Assembly: GCA_963818965.1 (NCBI GenBank) | Contig: CAWFUG010000009.1 | Location: 384,001 to 448,000, forward strand | DNA length: 64,000 nucleotides | Source of the DNA: an uncultured Verrucomicrobiae bacterium | GTDB taxonomy: Bacteria > Chlamydiota > Chlamydiia > Chlamydiales > Rhabdochlamydiaceae | Direction: 5' to 3' | In this document: positions 19,791-29,617 of the stretch, piece after piece | How the letters are laid out: the number at the start of each line of letters is the position of its first letter | Numbering within the stretch: position 1 is the first letter of the stretch | Notes under the pieces: model-generated | The model's input: the letters and a program-made list of their open reading frames with translations, nothing else | The model's database searches: none | What the model was told of the DNA's origin: nothing | Position numbers and translations under genes: made by a program

Positions 19791-20402
19791 ATGGCTAAGC
19801 TCTATTTTCGTCATGGAACTGTGGGGAGTGCAAAGACGTTGAACTTGCTCGCGGTAGCGCATAATTACCGTCAGCAGAGCAAACAAGTGGTCTTGCTCAA
19901 ACCAGAGATGGACACGCGCTTTGGAAGGGAGCGGATCAAATCGCGCGCGGGACTCGAGATGGCAGCGGACATCCTCGTCGCTCCGCATACGAAGCTCCTG
20001 AATTTGGAGTGGAAAGATGTCGATTGCATTCTGGTGGATGAGGCGCAGTTTTTATCGAAGACGCACATCGAAGAGCTCAGGACGCTGACTTTAGAGAAGG
20101 ATATTCCGGTGATCTGTTACGGGTTGCGCACCGATTTTAAGACCAATCTCTTTGAAGGCTCTTTGCGTCTCATGGAGTTGGCTGATTCGATCGAAGAGGT
20201 CAAGGCTACCTGTCATTATTGCCACCGTAAATCGATTGTGAACTTGAAACACGTCGATGGGAAACCTATCGCAGAGGGACCGACGGTTCAGTTAGGAGCG
20301 GAGGAGCACTATTTTCCCGCCTGCTACCGGTGTTACACGAATGCGTTGAAGTTCGGTTTAAATTTCGTCGAGAAAGATGCTCTCGCGGTATCTGCGCATT
20401 AA
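19791..20402 (+). CDS. tdk: Thymidine kinase
   Basis: GTVGSAKT P-loop variant, LVDEAQFL, YGLRTDF, Zn-binding CxxC pairs; GGAGG upstream. The 3' end overlaps tgt by 45 nt. Confidence 0.93.
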   Translation: MAKLYFRHGTVGSAKTLNLLAVAHNYRQQSKQVVLLKPEMDTRFGRERIKSRAGLEMAADILVAPHTKLLNLEWKDVDCILVDEAQFLSKTHIEELRTLTLEKDIPVICYGLRTDFKTNLFEGSLRLMELADSIEEVKATCHYCHRKSIVNLKHVDGKPIAEGPTVQLGAEEHYFPACYRCYTNALKFGLNFVEKDALAVSAH

Positions 20403-21520
20403 GTCCACCATGAAGAAGAGGTTGTGGACGGTCGCGAGTGTCAAACTGATCGGCTCGTGCGCTTTGAAGAGGTGGTGGAGGTAACTGAGTGAAAATTGCC
20501 GGCACGTCGGACAAGGGCACCCCTCTTCTGGCGGGGAAAATTTTAAAGCGCACTCTCCCTTTGTGACGTTTAAGGGGCCCTCTCGCGTCAATAAGATCCC
20601 ATGCCGTGCGACCTTTGTCGGATAAGAGGAATCGAAGGTATCGATGCCGAGCGGAATCGAGCGGTGGATCGAGGGGAGATCTCCGATACCAAGCAGGTGA
20701 TTGGGACGGTCTTTAGGGAGATACTCCATCGTCTTTCCCAACATGTGGATCATCTCCTCTTTCGTCTTACCGACGCTGCCGCCGATGGCAAACCCATCGA
20801 AGGGTAATTCTGTCAAAAAGGCGCAGCTCTTTTTCTCAGCTCTAAATGGACGCCGCCGTGGATTACGGCATACATCGCTTGATTGTTGGGGTTCAAGAGG
20901 TGCTCCTCCACTGAGCGCTTTTCCCACCGGTGGGTGCGCTCTAGAGAGAGCTCGAGATCGAGATCGGGAATGTGATAGGGAGGGAGTTCATCAAAGGGGA
21001 TGATGATATCTGCCCCTAAATCCTTCTGAGCACGCACAGAAGTCTCTGGAGTGAGCAAGATCTTAGCTCCATCGCGGTAGGAGCGAAAGAGGACCCCCTC
21101 TTCAGAGATTTTTAGGACGTGCCCTTCCTGCTTTTTCGTGCCTTTGCTCTTGATCTCATCTGTAACCGACCCATAGGCCAGGCTAAACACCTGAAATCCC
21201 CCAGAATCTGTAATGATCGGAAGCGAGCGGCGGATGAACTTGTGTAAGCCTCCCGCCTTTTTGATGAGCTCCGTTCCCGGCTGCACCATCAGATGGTATG
21301 TGTTGCAAAACATCAACTGAAGACCGAGCTCTTCTACCAGCGCATTATCGAGCGCTTTGATCGTCCCATTCGTTCCGACTCCGACGAAATTCGGCGTATC
21401 GATGGCCCCATGGGGTGTGAGGATTCGACCGACCCGCGCAGCGGAGCGCTTAGAAGTATGTAGTACCTCGAAATCAAAAGAGGTCGTCAAAGAAGAGGGG
21501 TCATCTTGCAGGATGGGCAT
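20358..21520 (-). pseudogene. tgt: tRNA-guanine transglycosylase split by a 1-nt frameshift (real or an assembly error)
   Basis: The N-terminal half (TPNF, NTYHL, TDSGGFQVFSL) stops at 20813. The C-terminal half (AIGG, HLLGIG, GIDTFDS, CxCxxC...H) is in another frame. The switch is at the A5 run 20830-20834. Confidence 0.85.
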
Positions 21521-22166
21521 GGAAAAACCGTTTAGAATAAGGGATTAAAAGACTCGTGAGAGCGATGATTGAGAGCTTGATGAGAAAGCTGATGACGATG
21601 ATGTCGAATAGGTCAGCGACGAGCCCCCACAGCCCCAAGAGGGAAAAGAGGACGGTATCGATCAACTGACTACAGACGAGCGCTCCTACGTGACGTAAGG
21701 AAAAATTGGAAAACCGCTGTTTGAGGAGGTTAAAGAGGCGAAGATCGATCTGTTGCACGAGGAAAAAGACGAGAAGTGATGCGGCCATGAGCCGAGGGGA
21801 AGGGGAAAGGAGTGTCTCAAAAGCTCCCTGAGTGCTGTCATAACTGTTGGGAGTATAGAGGAGATGGAGCTGGGACATGCCCACAAAGAAGGCCAGCGAG
21901 AAAAAACAGATCCAAAGCGCTCGTTTTGCCGCCTCTTTGCCATAGAACTCGCGCAGCAGATTGAGTCCCAAAATGCTCCCGATCGCAAAGACATCACTAC
22001 ACGTCACATGGAATCCCAAGAAGTCGATCTGCTTGAGCACGAAGAGGTTCGCTAGAACAGATTGGAGCGCCACCCAAGTGGTGAGTGCCGTAGACCCCAG
22101 GCGCAGGGCCCCAAAACCAAATCCCACCATGACAAGAGTGTGCAAACAAAATAATAATTCATTCAT
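21501..22166 (-). CDS. yhhQ: Queuosine precursor transporter (YhhQ/VUT family)
   Basis: ANLFVLKQI, LREFYGK..A, SQLIDTVLF; multiple TM segments; overlaps the tgt start. Confidence 0.88.
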   Translation of the reverse strand: MNELLFCLHTLVMVGFGFGALRLGSTALTTWVALQSVLANLFVLKQIDFLGFHVTCSDVFAIGSILGLNLLREFYGKEAAKRALWICFFSLAFFVGMSQLHLLYTPNSYDSTQGAFETLLSPSPRLMAASLLVFFLVQQIDLRLFNLLKQRFSNFSLRHVGALVCSQLIDTVLFSLLGLWGLVADLFDIIVISFLIKLSIIALTSLLIPYSKRFFHAHPAR

Positions 22167-22213
22167 AGAATGGAGAGAAGAATAGCATATCTGTCCCCAT
22201 AATCTCAAGACCC

Positions 22214-22280
22214 TCCTCCTCCTCTCTCTGTGGTTAAGAAATTTTTACCACAGAGAGGGGAAACCACAGAGAGGAGAGGA
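22214..22280. repeat. ACCACAGAG palindromic repeat (type B, partial)
   Basis: CTCTCTGTGGTT-aagaaatttt-TACCACAGAGAG..AACCACAGAGAG. Confidence 0.8.
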
Positions 22281-22374
22281 AAAGTCTGAATTTTTCTTTG
22301 CTTAAAAACGAAGTTTGAGCGTATAAGCTCCTGCCAAAAAATGAAAAAAAATCTCAAAAAACTAAAGGTTTGTC

Positions 22375-24972
22375 ATGCAAGCAGTCACCACGTCCAGTAG
22401 ATGGCCCGTTTCCACACCACAAGAGGCTCATGAGCTCGATCGGCTCGAGCGATTATGTCATCGAGCGGAAACCTCTTCGAGAGACGATCTTTCATTATAC
22501 AAGCTCGTGAGAAAAATGCAGGGTTTGGGGATCGTGCGTCGATTACCCGCTCTTTCTCACGATCTACGGGTTCAAAGGCTGATGGATCGACTCTCCCATT
22601 GCCAGACTCTCGCTCGGGAATGGGTAAGAGAAGATGTCGTGGCTTTTGACGCACTGAGGCTCAAGGCAAGAGGGTCTAAAGACTCTCAAGAGTTGCGAGA
22701 AATCTCGATCAAAATGAAGCAACTGAATCTTTTGGGGAAATTGGGACAGTTCAAGGGGACAGAAGAGAGCGTTGCGCGTTGTAATCAGATGACGCAAAGA
22801 GTGGAAAAAAGGGCTGCGCAGCAGCTGAATTTCGAAGTGAAAAAAACAGAGCAGAATGATCTTCACCTTTACGCTCTTGTGAGAAAGCTGTTGAATTTCG
22901 ACTGCGGAGACCCAAAGCTACTCTCTCAGCTGCAAAGAAAAGCCCAAGAAAAAATCCAGCGGGATATCGACACTTTTTATCAGTTAAGCGCTCAGTCGCG
23001 AAGGTGTCTAGACGAAGACCAACTGAGAATCGCTCTCGATAAATTGGAAAGACTCAATCTCGTCGATAAACTGAGCTACTTTGATGGGGTAGAGGGGATT
23101 CAGCAGGAGTACCAGCTCGCATTAAAACAGGTGAGCGCAAAGATCCCCGCCCCCGGACTCCCTGATGATATTTTGTCCCTGATCTGTCGGCGCCTCTCTC
23201 TTCGTGGCTTGATTAGCTTTGCATGCACGAGCAGGGGAATGCGCAATGCGATTTATGGCAATTCCCTGATTTGGAAACATTTTTGGCAGATGCTTTATCC
23301 CACGAACCCTCAAACCCAATTGCCCCATGCAATACCTGTCGTTCCTCAAACCCACTCTCTTTTTAAACAAGAGATGAGACAGCAATTTCAAGAGAACCGC
23401 ACTATGGGCACCTATACTTGCACCTCGTGGCCGCCACTTCCCCTGGATGGAACCTGTTTTCAGTGGCATGAAGGGCGGGTCTATTTAGCTGAATCAGACG
23501 GGAACATTTGCGTTTGGGAACAGCAAAAGAATGCAGGAAATCTCATGGGGAATAAGAGTATAAGATCTCTTATTGGCAATGGAAAGCAGATTCAGTGCCT
23601 AGAAATACATGCCCCTTTTCTCTGCAGTCACGCTAAAGATGGCGTTCTGAAGATCTGGGATCTCGAAACTTCTGGCTCTATTTTTAAGATCGAAAATTGC
23701 GAGAAGTTCAAAATTCACAATGGGGAAATTTATGCGCTTATCTTCAAGGAACAGAGTATCGAGAGTAAGGGGCGCGACACTTTCAACTATACCGTTAAAG
23801 AGAGGCGCATGATTCATGGGTGGGATTTGGCGACAGGTAAAAAATTGCAGAGAAAGAAATTTCCAGAACTTATTGTCGATTTCGATTTTTATGGAGATCA
23901 CATCATCGCAGCTACTGCAGACAAGAAGATTAAAAAGTACTCTTTGGATCGGAAAGGGAATGCGACCGAAGTAGGAGAGATCCCATTATCAAATCTGTCT
24001 AAGGTGTCGTCTATTGACCGCTTGAAAATCGAAGAGGATCGGCTGGTGATTGTTCTCTTGGGTTACGACAATTATGCAACGTTGGGATGGTATGGTTTTG
24101 TGCTGCATCTACCGAGTGCAACACAAGATTTTCGCAGTCGTTTTAGCAGTCAGCCTCAACAACTCCTCATTCATGAAAATGTCTTGTACCCGGTCTTACC
24201 TTATGAGCAAAAAGTAGTCCCTCATATTTTAAGCTCGCACAGGCATCGATCCTCTTCTGGATTTGCTGATTCAGTAGAGAGCTGTTCTAGTTTTAATTTA
24301 AGTCAAACATCTCAGTTTGTTGTAAAAGAGAGGATTCAGCTATTGGAAACCAAGTGCTTTATCTATTCTTCTCTAACCGGCCATTTTCATGTTTTAGATT
24401 GGAAGACACCTCCATGTGCCTCTCTTTACTTACAAAAAGATCTCGAAAAGAGTTTGGAAATTCTCGAGGAAATCCAAAAAGTAGCAGGGCAAAAAAGGGA
24501 AAAGGTAGAAGAGCAAAAAGCGGGATATCGAGCGATCTCTTTCTTTTTAGACCAGCTTCCCATCGAGCATTTCCAGGCGTGCCTGAAGCCCCATTTAGTG
24601 ACTGACGCGCCTTTAAACTCCCTCTTTTCAACCGTCCTCGAACGAGCCAAAGTGTTGATCCACATCGAACAGCTCTTGCACGCCTTCTACCACAAAGACT
24701 CTGATCTAGTCGCTGCTTTGGCAGAGCAAATCGAGGGGATGATAGGCATCGGCTTTTGGACCTGCTTTAATGAGTTTTATCATCGAGGCCCACCTGTTGG
24801 TGGTCATCTTGTGGATCCCAAGGGAAACTTTAGTGACTCGGAAGGGGATGTCAAACGGCAGATCGCATTTTTAAAAGAAGTCCGAGAGAAACTGTCAGCG
24901 GCTTGGGGTGGAGATCTCGCCTATCCTACGGTTTGCGCTTTTCCCACTGAATTATTTGCCGCCGAACAATGA
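22375..24972 (+). CDS. F-box + WD40-like repeat protein
   Basis: LPDDILSLICRRL...FACTSR..R; LKIWDLE and IHGWDL repeats. Confidence 0.8.
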   Translation: MQAVTTSSRWPVSTPQEAHELDRLERLCHRAETSSRDDLSLYKLVRKMQGLGIVRRLPALSHDLRVQRLMDRLSHCQTLAREWVREDVVAFDALRLKARGSKDSQELREISIKMKQLNLLGKLGQFKGTEESVARCNQMTQRVEKRAAQQLNFEVKKTEQNDLHLYALVRKLLNFDCGDPKLLSQLQRKAQEKIQRDIDTFYQLSAQSRRCLDEDQLRIALDKLERLNLVDKLSYFDGVEGIQQEYQLALKQVSAKIPAPGLPDDILSLICRRLSLRGLISFACTSRGMRNAIYGNSLIWKHFWQMLYPTNPQTQLPHAIPVVPQTHSLFKQEMRQQFQENRTMGTYTCTSWPPLPLDGTCFQWHEGRVYLAESDGNICVWEQQKNAGNLMGNKSIRSLIGNGKQIQCLEIHAPFLCSHAKDGVLKIWDLETSGSIFKIENCEKFKIHNGEIYALIFKEQSIESKGRDTFNYTVKERRMIHGWDLATGKKLQRKKFPELIVDFDFYGDHIIAATADKKIKKYSLDRKGNATEVGEIPLSNLSKVSSIDRLKIEEDRLVIVLLGYDNYATLGWYGFVLHLPSATQDFRSRFSSQPQQLLIHENVLYPVLPYEQKVVPHILSSHRHRSSSGFADSVESCSSFNLSQTSQFVVKERIQLLETKCFIYSSLTGHFHVLDWKTPPCASLYLQKDLEKSLEILEEIQKVAGQKREKVEEQKAGYRAISFFLDQLPIEHFQACLKPHLVTDAPLNSLFSTVLERAKVLIHIEQLLHAFYHKDSDLVAALAEQIEGMIGIGFWTCFNEFYHRGPPVGGHLVDPKGNFSDSEGDVKRQIAFLKEVREKLSAAWGGDLAYPTVCAFPTELFAAEQ

Positions 24973-25000
24973 AAAAGTTCTCAATCACTAAAGGTTTATC

Positions 25001-27691
25001 ATGCACGCAGTCCCCGTAGCGACGCATAACAGGTGGCCCGTCTGGACACTACAAGAGGCCCATCAGTTGGATAGGCTTGAGCGCTTGTGCCATCGAGCGG
25101 AAACCTCTTCGAAAGACGATCTTTCGTTTTATAAGCTCGTCAGGAAAATGCAGAGTTTGGGGATCGTGCCTCGATTACCCGCTCTTTCTCACGATCTGCG
25201 GGTTCAAACGTTGATGGATCTATTCTCCCATTACCGGCGCTTCGCTCGGAAAGGGCTGAGGGGAGATGTCATTGCCTTTGATGCGCTGAGGCTTAAGGCG
25301 CGAGTGTCTAAAGACTCTCAAGAGTTGCGAGAAATCTCGATGAAAATGAAGCAACTGAATCTTTTGGGAAAATTGGGACAGTTCAAGGGGACAGAAGAGA
25401 GCGTCGCGCGCTGTAATCGGATGACGCTAAGAGTAGAAAAAAGGGCTGCGCAGCAGCTAAACCTCGAAGTGGAAAAAGCTGGGCGGGATGATCTTCATCT
25501 CTATGCTCTGGTGGCAAGGATGCTGAATTTCGATTTTGGAGATCCAAAGCTACTCTCTCAGCTTCAAAGAAAAGCCCAAGAAAAAATCCAGCGAGATATC
25601 GACACTTTTTATGGCTTAAGCGCTCAGTTGCCAGGGTCCTCAGATGAAGACCTGCTCAGAATCACTCTCGATAAATTGGAAAGACTCAATCTCGTCGATA
25701 AACTGAGCTATTTTGAGGGGATAGAGGGGATTCAGCAGGAGTACCAGCTCGCATTAAAACAGGTGAGCGCAAAGATCCCGGTCCCCGGACTACCTGATGA
25801 TATTTTATCCCTGATCTGTCGGCGTCTCTCTCTTCCTGGATTGATCAGCTTTGCGTGCACGAACAAGGGAATGCGCGATGCGATTTATGGTAATTCCCTG
25901 ATTTGGACACATTTTTGGGTAAGGCTTTATCCAACAGATCCTCAAAAAGAATTGCCCAATGCACTACCTGTCGTGCCTCAAACGCATTCCCTTTTCAAAC
26001 AAGAGCTAAAAAAGCAGTTTCTGCACAATCTGGCCACTGGCACCCACACTTCGACCTCATTGGGTTCGCTCTCTAGCGGTGGAACCTGTTTTCAGTGGCA
26101 TGAGGGACGGGTGTATTTAGCTGAATCAGACGGGAATATTTGCATTGATGAGGAGCGAAAGACTGCAGGAAATCTCATTGAGAATGAGAGGATAGGAAAT
26201 CTCATTGGGAATGGGAATCAGATTAAATGCTTAGAAATTCATGCTCCTTTTCTCTGTAGCCACGCTGTGGATGGAATTGTGACGATCTGGAATCTCGAAG
26301 CTTCTGGCGGCTGCATTTTTCAGATTCAAGACTGCGAGAAGTTCAAGATTCACAATCAGCAGATTTACGCTCTTACCTCTAAAGAAGAACGACCTTCGGT
26401 TCCCAACGACGACGGCACCCCTAAAAAGAGTCGTAGGATTCATGGTTGGGACTTGGCTACAGGTAAGAAATTGGACAGAAAGAAGTTTCCAGAATTCATT
26501 GTCGATTTCGATTTTTATGGGGATGAAATGGTCGTAGCCACGGCAAAACAGAAGATTCAGCGGTACTGTTTTGATCGGAATGGGACAGCGATCCTGGTGG
26601 AAGAGATCCCATTGAAACACCCTTATAAAAAGGGGTTTGTTGGCCAACTTAAAATCGAGGGGGATCGACTGTTGGTTCTCTTCCATGGTTCCGGTAGGTG
26701 GAGGTGGCGGGGATTTGGCTATCCTTGTTTTGTGTGGCATCTACCGAGTAAAACAGAGGATTTTTATATCGATTTTGGCCAAGAGCCCCAACAACTCTTT
26801 ATTCATGAAGATGTTTTATACCCCGTCTTTGATTCAGATAGGGGAGAGAAAGAAGTAGGCCTTCACTTTTTTGATTCAGATTGGGATAAGGGAGGGCAAG
26901 AAGTGCTGCCTTACATTTTAACCTCCCATATCGATCTTCCCTCTTCTGAAAAGGATGAGTTGTTAAAAATGGGAGCCCGTAGTCTTCATGAACATGAATA
27001 TTCCATGGTTCCTAAAGAGGTGTGTCGCTGTCCCCATTTTGGGATAGGTCCATACGCACCAAGTGTCTGGGATCCTAAAGATAGAATTCAGGTATCGGGG
27101 ACCCAATGCTTTGTCTATTCCGTTACAAACGGTCATTTTCAAGTTTTAGATTGGAAGACATCTCCCTGTCCCTCTCTTTACTTACAAAAAGATCTCGAAA
27201 AGAGTTTGGAAATTCTCCAAGAAATCCAAAAGGTGGCGGAGCAAAACGGAGCGCATGGGGTCAGATCTTCCCTTTTAGACCAGCTTCCCCTCGAGCATTT
27301 CCAGGCATGCCTGAAGCCTCATTTAGTAGCTAATACGCCTTTGAGCCCCACGTTTTTCACCGTCCTCGCACGAGTCAAAGTGTTGATCCACATCGAGCAG
27401 CTCTTGCACGCCTTCTATCATAAAAACTTTGATCTAGTGGGTGTTTTAGCCGAACAGCTGGAAGAGCTAATCGGCAAGAAGTTGTGGGAGTCGTATCATC
27501 GGTTTGGGTACCGAAAGATCGATTCCGCTCCTCCGCATTTTGCGAGCGCTAAGGAATTCTTTTGTGATCCGGTAAGCGGCATCGAACAGCAGATTGCTTT
27601 TTTGCAAGAGGTTCAAACGCAGTTACAAGAAGCTTGGGATAGCGATCTCTCTAAATATCAAATCATCTTCCCTGTTTTTTATTGGAGTTAA
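25001..27691 (+). CDS. F-box + WD40-like repeat protein, tandem paralog of 22375..24972
   Basis: Same architecture with a closely similar N-terminal half; leader ACTAAAGGTTT.TCATG is also duplicated. Confidence 0.8.
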   Translation: MHAVPVATHNRWPVWTLQEAHQLDRLERLCHRAETSSKDDLSFYKLVRKMQSLGIVPRLPALSHDLRVQTLMDLFSHYRRFARKGLRGDVIAFDALRLKARVSKDSQELREISMKMKQLNLLGKLGQFKGTEESVARCNRMTLRVEKRAAQQLNLEVEKAGRDDLHLYALVARMLNFDFGDPKLLSQLQRKAQEKIQRDIDTFYGLSAQLPGSSDEDLLRITLDKLERLNLVDKLSYFEGIEGIQQEYQLALKQVSAKIPVPGLPDDILSLICRRLSLPGLISFACTNKGMRDAIYGNSLIWTHFWVRLYPTDPQKELPNALPVVPQTHSLFKQELKKQFLHNLATGTHTSTSLGSLSSGGTCFQWHEGRVYLAESDGNICIDEERKTAGNLIENERIGNLIGNGNQIKCLEIHAPFLCSHAVDGIVTIWNLEASGGCIFQIQDCEKFKIHNQQIYALTSKEERPSVPNDDGTPKKSRRIHGWDLATGKKLDRKKFPEFIVDFDFYGDEMVVATAKQKIQRYCFDRNGTAILVEEIPLKHPYKKGFVGQLKIEGDRLLVLFHGSGRWRWRGFGYPCFVWHLPSKTEDFYIDFGQEPQQLFIHEDVLYPVFDSDRGEKEVGLHFFDSDWDKGGQEVLPYILTSHIDLPSSEKDELLKMGARSLHEHEYSMVPKEVCRCPHFGIGPYAPSVWDPKDRIQVSGTQCFVYSVTNGHFQVLDWKTSPCPSLYLQKDLEKSLEILQEIQKVAEQNGAHGVRSSLLDQLPLEHFQACLKPHLVANTPLSPTFFTVLARVKVLIHIEQLLHAFYHKNFDLVGVLAEQLEELIGKKLWESYHRFGYRKIDSAPPHFASAKEFFCDPVSGIEQQIAFLQEVQTQLQEAWDSDLSKYQIIFPVFYWS

Positions 27692-27730
27692 TACCAATCC
27701 TCGAAAATAACGTGCATTAGAGCTGCGTCA
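27690..27730. repeat. Short dispersed repeat; second copy at about 49674-49713
   Basis: TAATACCAATCCTCGAAAATAAC.TGCATT..AGCTGCGTC. Confidence 0.75.
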
Positions 27731-27762
27731 AAGCCGCCGGGATTCGACGATCGTAGGTTGGG

Positions 27763-28092
27763 TAGGCGTTGTTGCGTAATTCATGAGGACCTAATCTAGC
27801 TCCCCACCATTCTATTTTGAATATACCCCTTCCACCTCAATCGTACCCAAGAAAACCGAATGAAAAGTTCTCAAATTTCGAATCAAAGGGAGGGGGTAAT
27901 ATTGAATTAATATTAACCCCTTCCCTTTGATTCGAAATTTGAGGCTTTTAATCGGTTTGCTTGTGGTTACGATTGAGGTGGAAGGGGTATATATGCAATC
28001 TCACGACGGAGATGGAAAACCACAGAGAGGAAATTCATATTAAAAAATTTTCTCTCTGTGGTTTTCCATCTCTGTGGTGAGATTCAGCTATT
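27763..28092. repeat. Reverse-oriented type A composite repeat interrupted by a 166-bp MITE
   Basis: 27763-27823 and 27990-28084 reverse-complement 55107-55255. Confidence 0.85.
27824..27989. mobile_element. 166-bp palindromic MITE, copy 1, with TA target duplication
   Basis: Terminal inverted repeats TACCCCTTCCACCTCAATCGTA/TACGATTGAGGTGGAAGGGGTA; TA on both sides; empty site at about 55190. Confidence 0.85.
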
Positions 28093-29617
28093 ATGGGGCA
28101 TCGACTACCTTTGAAAGGCGCGGCACGAACCAGAAGCTCGCAAAGAGGAGCAGGAATAGGCCGACTAGAATGTAGCCCATAAAGCCGAAGGCGTCATTGA
28201 GGGCGAGGGAGGTGGCCTGTTTGGTTAGGAGAGTATTGAGCTGTTCTAAAGATTGACCATCACTGAGGGAGAAGATCTCTTTGGCCCGCTTAAAATACTC
28301 AGAGGTCAGAGGAGAGTAGCCAGTCAGGTCTTCGCCGAGCCTTTCGTGGAAGAAGGCTTGCCGCCGCTGCCAGAGAATGACGTAGAGGGCGGCGCCGAGA
28401 CTGCTCGAACAGGAGCGGACGACTTGGAAGAGGGTAAAGATGGGCGTTGCCTTCTCAGGTCCGTAACTTAAAAGAGCGAGGTTGAGGGCAGGCATGAGGA
28501 AAAGGCCGAGTCCCACTCCCGCAATAAAGCGCGCGACGGCGAGGTGAAAGAAATCGACCGTGACATCGAAATAGGTCGAGTAGTAGCAGGAGCTCGCAAA
28601 GGCAAGAATGGCAAGAGCGAGGAGAAAGCGCGGGTCGAACATGCGCAGACAACTCTTGGCAACGCCGTATGCGACGACACCGCCTACTGCCATCGCACCG
28701 AGTAGCACAGCAATCCAGGCGGGACTATAGTTGACGTAGATCTTGAGCCAGAGGGCAATCAAGATGATCATCCCAAAGTAGGCGGAAAAGAGAATAGCGA
28801 GGTTGAGAAGAGAGTAAGAGAGCAGCGGGCTCTTGAGGAGTTTGAGCTCTAGTAGAGGTTCAGACTGGTACAAATTGCGGAAGATAAAAAAGCTAAGGGA
28901 TGGAATTCCGATGGCAAGGAGCAAAAGAAAGAGAGGGGAGCGGTGCCAATCGAGCTCTTGAGCTAGGGTTAGCGCAGTGACGAGGGATGTCAATCCCACA
29001 AAGAAAAAGAAATACCCTATCCGATTAAAAGAAGGTATAGCTTCATCCTCAACCAACTCTTTTTTCCAAAAGAAATAAAAAAAATAGGCAGCTAAGAGAA
29101 GCGAAAGGGGTTCATTGACGTGGAAGATCCATTTCCAATGAGACTCATAAGAGACCCAAGCCCCGAAGGAGCCGCCGATGACGGGAACAATCACGTACAT
29201 CAGGAGCATGAGGACCGAGTAGTTTTCCCTCTTTTCTTTGGGAGCAAAAGCAATGAGCAATCTCCGACACAACATATAAAAAAGCCCAGAGGCTGCACCT
29301 AGCGCTAAGCGAAAGAGATTGAACCAAAAAAATGTCGGAGCGATTGCGCAAAGAAGCGAAAAAACAGTATAGGCTAAAAGGCCGTGGATGAGGAGCTTGA
29401 AAGTGCCGATTCGATCCGCTAGGGGGTTGGCGAGGGGGATTGTGAGTGCATTGCCGAGTCCAAAAAATACCATCGAGTAGACGGAGATGTCGTTACTACC
29501 ACCGAGATCGGAGACGATGTAGACTCCTCCTAGGCTTGTGATGGTGTTGTAGAAGATGGCCAGGAAGAGGGTGGCAAAGACACACAGAAAGAAGAACGGA
29601 GGAGCTTTTTCCCTCAT
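28091..29617 (-). CDS. emrB: DHA2/EmrB-family MFS efflux transporter
   Basis: About 14 TM segments; LADRIG, WKWIFHVN, WQRRQAFFHERL; downstream of emrA. Confidence 0.85.
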   Translation of the reverse strand: MREKAPPFFFLCVFATLFLAIFYNTITSLGGVYIVSDLGGSNDISVYSMVFFGLGNALTIPLANPLADRIGTFKLLIHGLLAYTVFSLLCAIAPTFFWFNLFRLALGAASGLFYMLCRRLLIAFAPKEKRENYSVLMLLMYVIVPVIGGSFGAWVSYESHWKWIFHVNEPLSLLLAAYFFYFFWKKELVEDEAIPSFNRIGYFFFFVGLTSLVTALTLAQELDWHRSPLFLLLLAIGIPSLSFFIFRNLYQSEPLLELKLLKSPLLSYSLLNLAILFSAYFGMIILIALWLKIYVNYSPAWIAVLLGAMAVGGVVAYGVAKSCLRMFDPRFLLALAILAFASSCYYSTYFDVTVDFFHLAVARFIAGVGLGLFLMPALNLALLSYGPEKATPIFTLFQVVRSCSSSLGAALYVILWQRRQAFFHERLGEDLTGYSPLTSEYFKRAKEIFSLSDGQSLEQLNTLLTKQATSLALNDAFGFMGYILVGLFLLLFASFWFVPRLSKVVDAP

